A DNA stretch of 57,838 nt, filler included, from Sphacelaria rigidula (GCA_964200075.2; 8 parts of 8 records of this genome joined end to end with filler, not necessarily neighbours in it), one strand, 5' to 3'. Shown: positions 12,144 through 24,968, numbered from the whole stretch's first letter. The notes: a model not told the origin generated them from the sequence alone. Program-made: numbers and translations.

Positions 12144-13151
12144 CCCTTTTTGGACTGAAGCCCACTAACAAGGGGTTCGCCATGTGTTGAATAATGATAA
12201 ACAAGTCTGAGAGCGACCTGTCCAATCAGGACGAGGCGAAATTTATCGACCACATCAGAACGACCAGTGGGGGGGGGGGCTGTCGCCGAGAGTGATGTCA
12301 CTGCAAAGTTGGTGTACCCTTTCCCTGGCCCACAGAAGAGCCTTCGAAGCAAAAGAAACTCCAAGTTGTCGGGGCTCGGATTCCGGATTTCATTTACTTG
12401 CATGTTATGTAGGCCCGACTTCCCATCCCCCGATTTTTTTTAGTCACCATCCTATAGTAAACCCTAGTTGATAACATTAACACGAGGTGCTCGGGAGAAA
12501 TTCGGGAATAAATGTACCCTACTCTATATATGTGGTCATGTTCACAAGGCGACTGAACCTGGCAATGACGGAGCTAGAGGCATGAGTTCTGCGTATTCCT
12601 CTGTCGAAGCGGTACAAGCGGCGGTGACGTCGTATGTAATCGACGACGGTAACGAACAAGCTGTGTATAGGCAGCTTATTTCCGTCGCGGAAAACTGCCC
12701 AGAACATGTGAGGGGGCATGCAGGGGCAGCTGCTGCTGCATTCGGAAAGGCGTGCTGCACGGTACTGTATCTCCGGCGCAACGCACATGCCGTTCGAGGA
12801 GAATTTGCCGCTTGCAACAAAGAGGGATATCGCGGCCCACCCCGACCACAAAGGGCNNNNNNNNNNAGTGGCGGGCGGCGGTTGCCACATCCTGTCGAAA
12901 GCTCTCCACCGCGACTCATACTGCTTGATACATCTGTACATTACCTGATGCGCACAACACCCGAATTATAGTCCATAAGTTTGTACCTGCACCTGAAAAT
13001 AGATTGGATACAAATTTCGGTCTTGATCTAACCCTGCCGTTACATACATACGTTGGTTTTTAGCAACATTGAGCCACTGTTTCATGCATAAGCAGGACAT
13101 GTCATTCCTTACCAGCCTCATTGGCCATTCTGGAGGCCCATCCCAAAAGGG
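12144..13151. mobile_element. Non-autonomous piggyBac-like element (intronic)
   Basis: TTAA at 12140-12143 and 13152-13155; termini CCCTTTTTGGA and TCCCAAAAGGG. Confidence 0.8.
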
Positions 13152-13371
13152 TTAAGACTGGCTTGTTTTGCTGTTCGAAAGATGTATGTGTACGCGGTGT
13201 GTACTACTATGTGTTGGCTGTGCTCTGCGGTATCCCTTGCTGCTCATCGTCTGTTAATGTTGTTGGTTGCAATTGCTTTTCGTTTTCGTTTTTGATTTCT
13301 TTGCCGTTGCCGCTGCCGTTGCAGTTTTTTTTGTCCATCTTGTTCAGTCATCTCTGACCTCCCTCCCTCCC

Positions 13372-13426
<55 letters not shown>

Positions 13427-13923
13427 CTTCTCTCTTTTTTTCNNNNNNNNNTTTTCTTTTTTGGTTTGTTTTTCGGTGCCTCTGTCTTTTCTTTTTTTTT
13501 TGTTTTTTTTGTTCTTTCTTTTCTTCCTTCCCTCCCTCCCTCCCTCCCTCCCTCCCTCCCTCCCTCCCTGTTTTTTTCGATTGCGTTTTTGCGACACAAA
13601 GCTTTTCTCGTCTTCCTTGGAAAAAAAGGCACTATATTCTGTTCTTACCACACCCTGGACAATACGTTATACTGTAGAAAAATGTATCGCGTACAGTATG
13701 AGATCTTTTGTCTATTGCAATGGACAATAGATCCCATACTGTACGCAGTATATTTTTTGGCAATGTAATTTCTTTCCCAGGGTGTGGTTCCTACTGTCCG
13801 TCCTCGGGCCTGTGAACCGCCAGCAAGCCCCTCACGAACGTACGAATCTTACACGTGCCCCCCCCTCCTTGTTGCCCTTCCTCCTCTCGCACTCACCTTC
13901 ATATTTTCCCTGCATCATTGCAG

Positions 13924-14046
13924 GGAGCTTTAGCGACAGTGTGAGCGCTGCGAGCAGCAGTGAGGCGCCGAATCGCACGGAATCTTGTCCATCCCGGTCT
14001 CCTCGCCATTGCAGCGCGAGTGTCAACTTTACCAGCGCTCCCTCGG
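13924..14046 (+). CDS. Probable next exon of the low-complexity protein (3' boundary uncertain)
   Basis: Pyrimidine tract and TGCAG| acceptor in phase 1, matching 12070; reads GSFSDSVSAASSSEAPNRTESCPSRSPRH. Confidence 0.55.
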
Positions 14047-14386
14047 GTGTGTTTCGTTGGACCTTGCGGCGGCGGCGCCTGTGTACCTTGTGCCGTACCG
14101 ACACTGCGGTATCTTTTCTGCTTTGGCGGATATTTAGTAAGAAGATAAATTGAAATACGCACCGGTGCGATGCCGTGTGCGGGGTCTAGTGTGAGTCGGC
14201 GCGTGTCCCGGTAGTTTTTTCATCATTATTGTTGCTGGACCATCTCAGTCTGCGTCTAAGGTGTTGTCGCAGAACTATCCACGTGTTTTGGCAAACCCCT
14301 CCAAGGATGTGCACAACCCCCCCCCCCCCCTAGCCTGGTCCGGCGAGAACCCGGCGTGCTCCGTCCCGGCTTTGTAGGGGCGAACC

Positions 14387-14486
14387 NNNNNNNNNNNNNN
14401 NNNNNNNNNNNNNNNNNNNNNNNNNNNNNNTTAATTAATTAANNNNNNNNNNNNNNNNNNNNNNNNNNNNNNNNNNNNNNNNNNNN
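14387..14486. other. Artificial scaffold-joining pad
   Basis: 44 N + TTAATTAATTAA + 44 N. Confidence 0.97.
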
Positions 14487-14550
14487 GAAGAGTTTGAATG
14501 CACAAACGATTAAAAGCCCATAACGGACTTTACTTATGGGACAGAGGAAG
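14487..14550. mobile_element. Right end of a second Stowaway-like MITE
   Basis: AAACGATT..GCCCATAACGGACTTTACTTATGGGACAGAGGAAG|TA is nearly identical to 5722-5770. Confidence 0.75.
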
Positions 14551-16499
14551 TACGAGCTTTAGACAGACGAATGAACAACCCCTCTCACCCAGCAATTGAT
14601 GGGTAACTTCATGTATGGATTCCGAGAGGTGCACAAAAACAGTCAGCGCTGCGTGCAAAGCTTCGCTGCTGCTTTCATGGCTGACACCTGGAAGCGCTCG
14701 ACCGAAGCATCGACGTGTCTCCCACGACGACGCCAAAGGCATATCCGCGTCATGCACGTGATCATACTTGTTCGGGGGTTGTCTCCGTAGTTAATAGAGT
14801 CGTCTGAGGGCGCCAATCGTTTCCGGTCATCAAGATGTTGGGCATTTCTGGTTTGGTGCGGCAACAAAGATTTCGTCAAGATTCTACGTAAAATAGCCCA
14901 TATACAGAAGATAACACCCCAGGAATCGATTGCAAGCAAAATTCTCCTGCACTTCTGATTGCTCGTATACGTGAGCCATAGTGGTGATTAATGGATCGCC
15001 CTGAGTTCGACGTGTTCTGTAGCACATAGACACGTCCTGTCCAAAAGAGAGGCAGGAATGAGTCGAGTTTTGCTTTGGGCATAAGCGGTGAATGCACAGG
15101 TTCACGAACCCATGGTGGGTACCCGATATGTCGCTAAAATGATACTGTTCAATCTTGTTCGCTTAGCAACTTCGTAGCGTCGGCCGCTATAAGTGATTTC
15201 ATGCATCAGTGTGCCACGTAATGATGTCAGTTTTTCATCAACATCTTCGTTTTGCATGCCAGAGTACCGAAATCGAGGCTACAGTTCAAAATATGGTGGT
15301 GTACTGTGGATTGATGTTCGCCATCTGCCAGCTACTCAAACTGGCCCTGAGACAGAGAAAAGTCCCAAGCTATCGACTCTTGCACAGTACACATGTCGTT
15401 TGTATCTTCATCATTTTCCCAAGTTGCAACCCTGGTGCTCATCTTTTCTTCCTCTAGCTGAAAAAACTCTGCGCTGGCTTTCAAAACCCGATTTCATCCT
15501 TTTTGGCGCCCCGTCGCTGGATGCCTGCTTGACATTCCCGCCGATTTTGGTGCACAACCGTCGTATGCATAACTGACGCTCAGTTGGCCGGGTCGGCACT
15601 AACTCGAATTTCTCAGGAGTTCTACTTTTTGGTCAATGATATTGCAGCAGCCCATGTGTATGATTGGGAAAGTGGATCGAGTTTCCTGCACCTGTCTTCT
15701 TATTTCATGCACACGTCTCAGCTGTGCCTGCCAAAGGATATCATGCGATGGGCCGCACCGATGGACCTCTCTGCGCATCCCGCACTGCATGCCCTGGGGG
15801 TACGATCGCCGCCCATGGTAATCTTCGATCTTCAGCGCGCACTGCTGATTGTGGTTCGGCACGAAGAACTTTCCATACGCTTTTATCTGCGGCAACGCAC
15901 AGTGATCGGCCTGGCTCGCCTAGACTTCTGTGTTTCTATTTAGCCATTGTCTTACGCCACCCAAACAATTATTCCGAAATCTCCAATATAGGTGGCCGTG
16001 TGTCAATTAGGCACTAGAAGTATCTAGTGCGCCTTGCCTGTTGCACTGTCTTTTTTCATTGATCTTTCGTGGGAGCAAAACGGATAAGGGAGTGCCGAAA
16101 AAGGAAACGAGGGAAATGTTATCGCTCATAGATCACGGAGGCACAAATAGATCGCGACATCAAGCGCAAGACAAAAGTGTCACCCAGTAGAGGTTAATCT
16201 CGCGCGGCTGCTCGCATACTCGGAGCACATGTGTAATCCTCGACTGCGAACGACGCTTACTTCTACTGCGACTGGAGCAGCACCAGCAGCAAGATGAACA
16301 AACCATGTTGCTTTCGAGAACTGACGGGCCAAAAACTCCTGAATTGTTTGCAAGGTTCGAAAGAGATGCAGCTAATCGCAAATGCATCTTTGTTCACGAT
16401 CGGCTGTTCGCGGACATTACCTACGGGTTATTATAACACCCCCCTTCTCTGGTGGACGAGTGTTGCGATCTCGACTTCCTCGAGAAGACGAGGCTCAAA

Positions 16500-17850
16500 C
16501 CCTTGAGACTTGATTTTATCGAGTTACAATATAATTGAGATAATATTCACACCACTGTTGAGAGCGTGGCTGCTGCAGAATACTCTGATAAAATCGAGCT
16601 TGACCGCCCGGTCATAGGGGGTGTTATTCCCCGTCAACGACATTGCGGCATCGACGCACGATCCATCCTACATAGTTGCACAGGGATGGCATCCACAGTT
16701 ACGATTTATTCTCCAAGTGCAACAATGCGCTCGCACCTTTACTTCCTCCGAATCGAAGGCCACGTCGTCACGGGGTAGAAATAGATACAGCAAGTCGTCT
16801 TATGATACTCCTGAGTAGCCCTTGCGTTCGAGTGCTAGGGTATCCACAGCACAAGGCGGCCTTGAGGATCGCGGGTCTGAAGTGAATGTCCCACCGTTCA
16901 AATCACGACGGTGTCGGGCGTTGGGCGGAAGAGGGGGAGGACATATCATGCACCAACAGGGATCAAAGGGACAGAGCTTAGTGCATCATCGTGAGGAGGA
17001 AAATCTGTGCGCAGCAGACTCGGTGATAGTAAAAGCCCCCCCCCGAGCTGCTCAGGCGAGGTCCACCTGCCATGGGCCATCAGCCTACGAAGGAGGCATG
17101 TGCAGGTACGATAGTTGTAGGCGTTTTCGGTTTGATTAATCGTATTGCAGCGCAGCAGAGGGGCATGCATGCGTCTCTCTTAAGCTCTAGTTCACGGATC
17201 TATGCACACTACGACATGATATGCGATGTTTATTGATAGTCCGTCGCAGTTGCTTGTATGATGCGGGCGACATTTTCGTGCAAGTTCGTTGTAAGGGTAA
17301 AATGACGGTTTGGTATTTAGGGGGCTTTTTTTCCATCGGGATGTCGATGGGAATCGTTGAATGATGTGGTTGAACATTTGAAAATTCGAATAATAACATC
17401 CGCGTGCCCCCGGTGGTGGACACGAGTGCATTCGTGTGTAGAGGTATTTGAATATGGGGCGTTGCATCAGCGAAATATCGGGTGCATGGAGTGTGAACTG
17501 CGCCAAGCTGTCGGCACCGTGGTTGAGTTACGTGGACGCAAATGATGCCGCACGAATTCGACGCTGTTCCGCATCACGTTCAACAAATATACTGTGCAAC
17601 AGTCCATGCCATCGATTCAGATTCAGGCGTTCTTCCTCCAATCCGTAATCCGGCCGGTGCCCATCTTTGTTTTCGAGCCGCATATTTCAGATCCCGCAAC
17701 AGTCTGACATTGTGACCACGTGACGCTGTGGGGGCGTGTATGTCGGTAAGATGCTCACACATGTTCGTTGGATCTTTCTGAGCTCTGGCACACAAGCGCC
17801 CCGTGTGCATCGTTGGATCTTCCGGGTCCTCGGGCCAACTATAGCAGGGG
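16500..17850 (-). pseudogene. Decayed hAT transposase
   Basis: hAT-like motifs in the expected order across frames: BED-finger-like LC..KDPTNMCEHLTDIH, MAQFTLHAPDISLMQRPIFKYL, WTS..FTITESAAH, FERWDI. Boundaries are approximate. Confidence 0.5.
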
Positions 17851-19723
17851 GCTACACTTTCTTGGTGGTTTCGGCCTTTTCTGGTGGGAGGGTAATTTGA
17901 CCGAAAACGGCTACGGTTGTGACTGCTCGGCGCATCTTCTGCTGAGCCGGCGGTACGGTCACCACTTCACAAAAAAGGGTCAACAGGCGAACACTAAAGG
18001 GTTGGAGGTCGTTTTTGGCAGAAGGCAGGGTGTACGCTTCTCGTTTGTTTACAAAAAAAGGGTACTCTCACAGGCTCTCATTTTCGGCGCCATAGGTCAG
18101 CCTAGTAAAACTTGTGAAAATGGAAAAGAAAAAAAAAGGTCGGACATACTGCACAGACACCTTGGGCGTGGGGCTGAGGCGCTGAAACGTGTTTTCGAGG
18201 TGTTCAGCCCGCGTGCAGCGTCGCGCCCCAAAGCGAAAAATGCGTTACTCTTTTTTGTTCCAAAAGCACCATGGTGTACTCTATTACATAATATTATGTA
18301 TCATGTATATTGTCCAGTATACTGTACTACATACGCGGAACTTTATGAAGGCTGTGCTGACAGCCAGCCAGTACACAAGTAGACACGGCTTTATTCATCA
18401 TTTGCTGAGAACGGAAAGGTCACAAAATATGGATCCCAGTGTTACGCTCGATTTGGTGTCATATCCTTCGCCAAGCCCCCGCCAAATAAGACGCGACAGA
18501 GTCAAAGAAGTGGGAGGAGCACGATATAACAGTGATAATCACACACGGGAGTAGCTTATCTCTGAAGCTATATCCTCAACGAAGTCTGGCTCAGTTTCAC
18601 CCAGTAAAGCGCAGAAACCAACGATGGATACCCCTCCCAAAGCAGCTCAGACAGGTATCAAAATTTGTACGATCCGAAAAGCCATTTCCAATGAACCTGT
18701 CCGACGCGCGATCAAAGATAATTGACACTGCAGGAATGTCAGCAGGTCGCAACTCCACGGACAGATACGACTTGCTACGAACCATCGTTCACGATCGCAC
18801 CATCGACTCACGGAATAGTGCAGTATTTGTAGTAGGTGCCGTCACTTTACCTCGATATTTTCATCCACAGCAAGGGTCTGCGCTGCTAGAACCTGGAGGA
18901 ATGGTAGAGACGCGTCTTAGCGACACGGAGCAACTTGGTTTATTCCGCAGCTGCTGTGTGTATCGACATATTGCCATCTGGGTGGGGGGTGTTAGAACAT
19001 GTGAGATGCGGTGTAGAAGCGCATCAGCGCTCAGGTGGTATCCAAAATGTGGGGGCGATAATTGCGCCGCGTGCAGGTGGTTTCTACTCTTTGGGATGTC
19101 TTCTCCCATAGTCATACATGCAAACATCAATGTTACTCGCCTGTAGGAAAGATGCTACGAACATGCCCACGTCATTGCCGCTGGGGCGGCGCGTGAAGCG
19201 TGCTTACGGGATCACAGCGCAAAGTATAACGCGCGCGCGCACACACACACACACACACACGCTACGAAGCATATCGAAGAGGGAGCGATGAACAACATCA
19301 TTCGACGTATTTTGCCAACGTTCAGCACATTGGTCATACCAACGATTCTCGTTAGCTCGCTCGCTGCAAGAGCCCAATCGATACCACTCAATGAACGGAG
19401 ACGATGCGCGTGGGTTGGTGGCACTACACGGTCTTGAAATAGTTCAGTTGGTTACCATTGCCTCGTTCAGATTTACGTGTTTGTGTCGATACACTCGTTC
19501 GGGTGATATTCACGTTTAGTCTCACGCACGAACGGTGATTTGCCCAAGGGCGTCGCCCGACCACCCCCGACACACTTTTGCACCCAAGGGCGCACCGCAC
19601 CATGCACGAATCACCATCACTGTGCACCCAAGGCACAGGCAATGACTACGTCCTCGAGAAGACAATTTTGAAAGGTACACATATGTGCGTGCAACCTATC
19701 TACAAAAAATGTCTCCAAAACTC

Positions 19724-20891
19724 AAGGGCTGTCAACTGGCTGTTCTGGCCAGTTGAGTTTCAACTGGCCGCGCCAGCGGCCAGTACATCGATAATTGAAC
19801 TGGAAAAACATCGGCGGCGAGCCGCAAACGCCCCCCCCCCGGCTGGTTAGGGGGCCCCGCGGGAGCGCCGACGAAGGCGAGAAAAAATGCATCATTTGGC
19901 TCGTTGATATTTCAAAAATGTTGGAAATTGTAGAAAATGTGACCCCTCACATTGAGGAGCTAAAGGTCTTAGATGACATTCAAATCTTATTCAAAGCGGT
20001 GAGCGATTCGAAAATCATTCATCTGCAATATGCAGTGGCAGACTCTCCGTGAAGAGAGGAGGATGCAAGCAAGCCAAGGCTGGCACCACGCGGGGATAAG
20101 GTATGCTAGAAATCAATTGGCCTTCATTTTCTGGGGGGGAGAGGTTCGGGCGTTCTCGTGAAAAAGTGGTCGTTGCCATACTAAATGCCCTGAACCAGTA
20201 AAAAAACAGGAAAAAATTACCTGGTCCATTTTTTTGGTCTATTATGCCCTTGCGAGATCCCACGCAAAATTTCAATACACGAACACCAAACGTGGGCCAG
20301 AAAGTGGCCTGCGAAACACTGTACTGAATTTTGACCTACCCGGATATTAAATGACCCATTCGCAATTCAATACTTGTAGTTGGACCCCAAAATTTGGTAG
20401 GGGCAATCAATAGGGTATAATAAAGAAAGTCATGCGTGGATCGAAAACTTTTTTTTTTCATGAGTTGAAACCAATCATCAGTTTTCAGGTTTGGTAAATT
20501 GCCGTCAAATCATGGGAAAAAAGTATGATTCCATGCATCTATTTTATTAATATGCCCTAGTGATTGTCCGTACCGAATTTTAGGGTCGAACTGTAAGTGT
20601 TAAATTGCGAATGGGCCTACAAACTGGAAATCCAGGCTGGCCCAGCTCGTACCACGAGTACTCTCTGTACTTGTCATGCTGTCAGGTGCAGGCCCCAATT
20701 CTACTGTCATTTTGTTCATTATAGTGTAAGCATCTTTGTTATAAACTTACGATACTAAAGTTTGGTATGAACATAGCCGGTAATGGCAAACTTCAAATAA
20801 ACTGGGTCAACTGGAGTCCTCGTCACCAGTTTCAGTTAAACTCCAGTTCCAGTTTAATCGCCAGTACAAACTGGTCCAGTTCACAGCCCTA
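19724..20891. mobile_element. Non-autonomous hAT-type element
   Basis: TIRs AAGGGCTGTCAACTGG and CCAGTTCACAGCCCTA; dense AACTGG/CCAGTT subterminal repeats; degraded 8-bp TSD (CAAAACTC vs CAAATTCC). Confidence 0.7.
20353..20617. mobile_element. Palindromic MITE nested in the hAT-type element
   Basis: GACCCATTCGCAATTCAATACTT... and ...AAGTGTTAAATTGCGAATGGGCC form imperfect arms of roughly 110 bp. Confidence 0.75.
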
Positions 20892-21215
20892 CAAATTCCC
20901 CAGTCAAGGGCTCAATCGAGATGCGGAATCAAGATCGTGGTCGTCACCCTCTTCGTTTTGCCGACTCCTCTCTCTCTAACCCGCTGCATTCGGGATCTGA
21001 ATCTTCAATTCAGATCCCGGCTGCATTTTTCGACCCGCGGCTGATCGGCGCATGCGGCCCACCGTTGAACAATTACGACTGACCAGATCTGTTCCCGGAT
21101 TCGATCCCCCCCCCACCACCCTGCCGCCGTTGCGCCGGCACTACTTCTTACCATGGCTCATATGAACAACTGATCCCAACGCGTTGCTCGCTCCGTTCGT
21201 CTGGCTCCTTTCACG

Positions 21216-21628
21216 GTGCGCCGTGGACCCGCCCCTTCCAGCGTTCGCCGTGGGTCCGCGTCTCCCATAATGAGATACTCTGATAAAGTCCACGGCCATG
21301 ATGCCTCCACTCCAAACGAAATAGCGAGTCATGGTTATAGGGGTGGAGGAACACCGCACTCCGCCGATGTGCTTATGCTGCCGGCATTGTTCCCTCCCTC
21401 TAGCTGCCTGTCAATGCCGCTAGATACGATCGCGGAGTCGCCCCCGGGCGGGTGTCAACACCCGCGTCGAGCACCATCGTCGGCGCCGCAAATTATGTCC
21501 ACGGAGCTGCACCGCCTGACGCCGACGCTGGATTCGACCGGCGAGCCGCCACCGCCAGCCTGCCAGCAACAGCACCCGCACATGTCACCGCTACAGCCGC
21601 TGCCGCCGCCGCCCCCCCCCCCCCCCCC
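21216..21628 (+). CDS. Possible Pro/Ser-rich exon, truncated at scaffold end
   Basis: GC-rich frame open for about 137 codons up to the poly-C contig end; no recognisable domain. Confidence 0.4.
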
Positions 21629-21728
21629 NNNNNNNNNNNNNNNNNNNNNNNNNNNNNNNNNNNNNNNNNNNNTTAATTAATTAANNNNNNNNNNNNNNNN
21701 NNNNNNNNNNNNNNNNNNNNNNNNNNNN
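21629..21728. other. Artificial scaffold-joining pad
   Basis: 44 N + TTAATTAATTAA + 44 N. Confidence 0.97.
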
Positions 21729-22049
21729 GTAGGACGCTGGTGGATGGAGGTGGGAGAGGGGGGTGGAAGGGTGTGGGGGACTGTTACCAAGAATTGAACG
21801 TATGACTATCCCGCATACGTAGCACACACACACACACCCTCCCTCGCTCGCGTGTACTATGTCGCAACACCTGTAGTCAGAGTCGTGGAGATTGACAGGC
21901 ACCCTGCCGAATACGTACGATAACGACCACTCCTCTGATATAAACGCGAGCGAATATATCAATTTGGGCCATTATGGCCGAGAAGGGGTTCAACAAATCG
22001 ACCACATTCGCGCTCCAAGAGGGGTGACTACGGCACATTGCCCACCCAC

Positions 22050-22373
22050 CTGTGTCTGTTTATGAGTCTCGTACATCTGCTTGGTCCTCTCCGTGGAAAG
22101 CCTCTTTGCAGTAGGAGTAGATTTGATCTCCCCTTCAGAAGAGGGAGAGGACGGTTTCCTGGTCTCCGCATCATTTTCTCCTATAATGGTGTCGCCGTCC
22201 CATGTACTCAAACCCCCCTCGACCGCCTCAAACTCTGGGGGAGACAGCACCCCAGCCAACAGGGCCGCCGCGCCCAACCCCGGGGCGGGCAACGTTACGG
22301 CAGACTTCTCATGGCCCTCTTTCTCACGTGTTTTGGACGACAAGCGTAAACTACCCCCTAGCTCGGAGAACAT
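22050..22373 (-). CDS. Probable first coding exon of an unknown protein
   Basis: ATG at 22373, reads MFSELGG..ERTKQMYETHKQTQ, CAG|GTGGGT donor. The opposite strand is also open, so strand is not certain. Confidence 0.5.
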
Positions 22374-23541
22374 AGTGGCTATTAAGCAGCCGACCTTGGC
22401 TCCTTAGCACGTAGGCACACAGTGGGTGTATAAAGACGTAAGCGGATTTTTCAAAGCTCGAGTGAACCACGTTACTGTACAGCACGGAAGGTGACGACGG
22501 AGCTGTTGCCTGTGCTGTGGCGCGTAGAACTCAATAACGAACAATCCTTTAGGCAGTAGGTGGCACTCACTACGCTTCCGCCGTCAATGTCAGTCACCCC
22601 AGTCAGCTGAACGCCGGGAGACTATGATGAAATGGTTGTTTAATTTGTGATGCGATGGTGGAGTCATCAAAGGATCTACCGGGCAGAGTCCCGCACCACG
22701 GCAAATGATTCGAACAGTAATCACGCCGCTTCTTGAACCATTCGACCAAGCGGCAGCTGTTGAACCGCATTATCGATCCGAGCAGTGGAGAAAGAAGCCG
22801 CGATGGGGGTGGTGCGTTCGCGTTCATCACGCTATTTTGCTTGTGACATCAAGCACTCATGAGTTATCAGCAACATCAGCCGCGGAGTGTGAAAGAGCGC
22901 TGGCGGCGCGGACAGATAGAGAGTATGAAACTCCTCAGCAAAACCCAGGCAAGTTTTCACAACAGCTGAGGCCGGTGATTTCGTCAAGATATCGATCGAA
23001 AACGCGCGCGAACACGGCATGTACAGCAGAAATCCATTATACCGTAGCCTAGAGCACCACCATCTAAATACCAGCGCATGGTTGGTGTCATTCGTCATAC
23101 GCACAGTAATTGCCGGTGTTTTCTGCACTGACGGTATGCTCATCATTGTGATTCAATATACCGCAAACTACACCAATAGCACCTACTGAGGTGCTATTAT
23201 GCACATGCATACGCATGGCGTCACAAACTGTCCGTACTCGGCACCCTCGCATGTACAGTGTACTCGACATCCAATTACAACGTTTCGAGTGTTGATCACA
23301 GTAACAGTACATTGGTTCTTTCACACGGACAGGGGATCGTGGCCGTAGCCAGCCAAGTGCCACATCATTCTGCATCAGCTACAATGTTCGATACACGAGT
23401 TACGTCAACAGTTTTTGCCGTCATGGCTGTATCACTATTTTACGGACCGGCAAAAGCTCGTGGATTTGTCACACAGTTCGCATTCTTGCCGTCTCAATTT
23501 CTTACCGCGACAGCCTGTTTTGTGGTGCCAATGTACTACAG

Positions 23542-23638
23542 GCGGCGCTGTTGGGGCGACATGTAGCAGGCCTGATGCATCAACGAGACTCCCTGGTGGA
23601 GGCGGCGCTTGCGCTCGTCGACAGGAGTGTCAAAGGAG
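23542..23638 (+). CDS. Possible exon of the coiled-coil gene on this scaffold
   Basis: TACAG| acceptor; helical AALLGRHVAGLMHQRDSLVEAALALVDRSVKG; donor uncertain. Confidence 0.4.
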
Positions 23639-23788
23639 GTTCGAACGACGTCAACGCCAATGTGTACTCGGTGTTCTTCCATATATCCTCGCCCCACCGT
23701 CGTAACGTACTAGTCACTCGTTCCGGATCCGTATCGCAAGGAATAACAGGACTATCTGAGAACCGTGAAATTGTCTTCAACCATAGGA

Positions 23789-23818
23789 TTAGGGTTAAGG
23801 TTAGGGTTAGGGTTGGGG
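23789..23818 (+). repeat. Short interstitial TTAGGG-like tract
   Basis: TTAGGG TTAAGG TTAGGG TTAGGG TTGGGG. Confidence 0.8.
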
Positions 23819-24842
23819 TAAGTAGCACTGAAACATGACCCGAGAAGAGGACTGTACCCGTGTTTATCCCGACGGCCTGTCAAGGGGCAGTAATGCGGCT
23901 GCAGCTGACTGTCGTGACGTTGTCTTGAATACATCATCATGTCGATTGGTGTCCGTACATACAGTGCAGTGTAGTACAGTACAGTCTTCCACTAGCTGTC
24001 CAGAGCCGGCATATCTTGCGGTTCAGTCAGTAGAGACGGCACCACGATAGAGAGAGCTGTTCAAGTACAGCAGTACAGACTGCCGAGTATTGAATACGCA
24101 TCAGTAGGAAATACCACACTTTTTTTTCTCTATGCACGACCTCGTATGATATGGCGCCACTCGTCTTCTATCGTGTCATTCACACGTCACATTTGAAGGT
24201 ATACCTCGACGCCTGCAAGACTCTCTTCAAAGGAACAAGACAGAAATATTTGATTCTTTCCCAGCCGTACCACTGTGCTATGCAAATGCAAGCTAACTAA
24301 GGAGAACAAAACCTCGACGACGAGTCATCAAACATACTAACAATTTTGACACCCCTGTGGGAGGTTGTTGGCATCTCTCTGACAGATGAATCTTGAGGAG
24401 CGCGTCGTACCCGCGAAATACCCATAACAAGGACTACGCAATCATGGGAAATGACGAGGATGTTTATGGATTTAGTGTGATTTTTTCATGGCGACTCGTA
24501 CCTATAATGGTGGAGCTTCGCCGGTGGAGAAATGCAAATGCTGCACCAAGAGGTCAATATATTACGTACAAATATATAGGAATGAACTCGTTCGGGCAAC
24601 ATTTCAGCGGTCCGTTTAAAGCACGACGTTTGGCATCTCTCTGGACACCTATTAATACCTTGCTGAGACCATCTACCACCGTCCTGAGATTTCGGTGGGA
24701 CAACAGTTGATTCCACCCGCGTTCGTTTCTATTCTCATCATACAAAAGCAAAGCCTCACGCAGGTGATGCTGACATGATGACCAGTGTTGCGAGTTGGCC
24801 TGCGAACACTGATGCGGTCCTCTTGTGCAACATAATATATAG

Positions 24843-24968
24843 AGAACGACGGTGACGGCGGCGGGGGCGATGATTGTGACGGACTCGCGGCCCAAGAACT
24901 TGTGGCGTGGCGGGATCGGCTACAATCCGAATCCAGATATTTGGATCCTACGGACATTGTTATAGATG
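24843..24968 (+). CDS. Probable internal exon
   Basis: TAG| acceptor and G|GTGAGA donor; reads NDGDGGGGDDCDGLAAQELVAWRDRLQSESRYLDPTDIVID. Confidence 0.55.

Noticed and set aside
13244..13768. Lys/Gly- and Pro/Phe-rich ORFs
   Set aside because: Homopolymer and (CCCT)n tracts around a 9-10 N gap; low-quality sequence.
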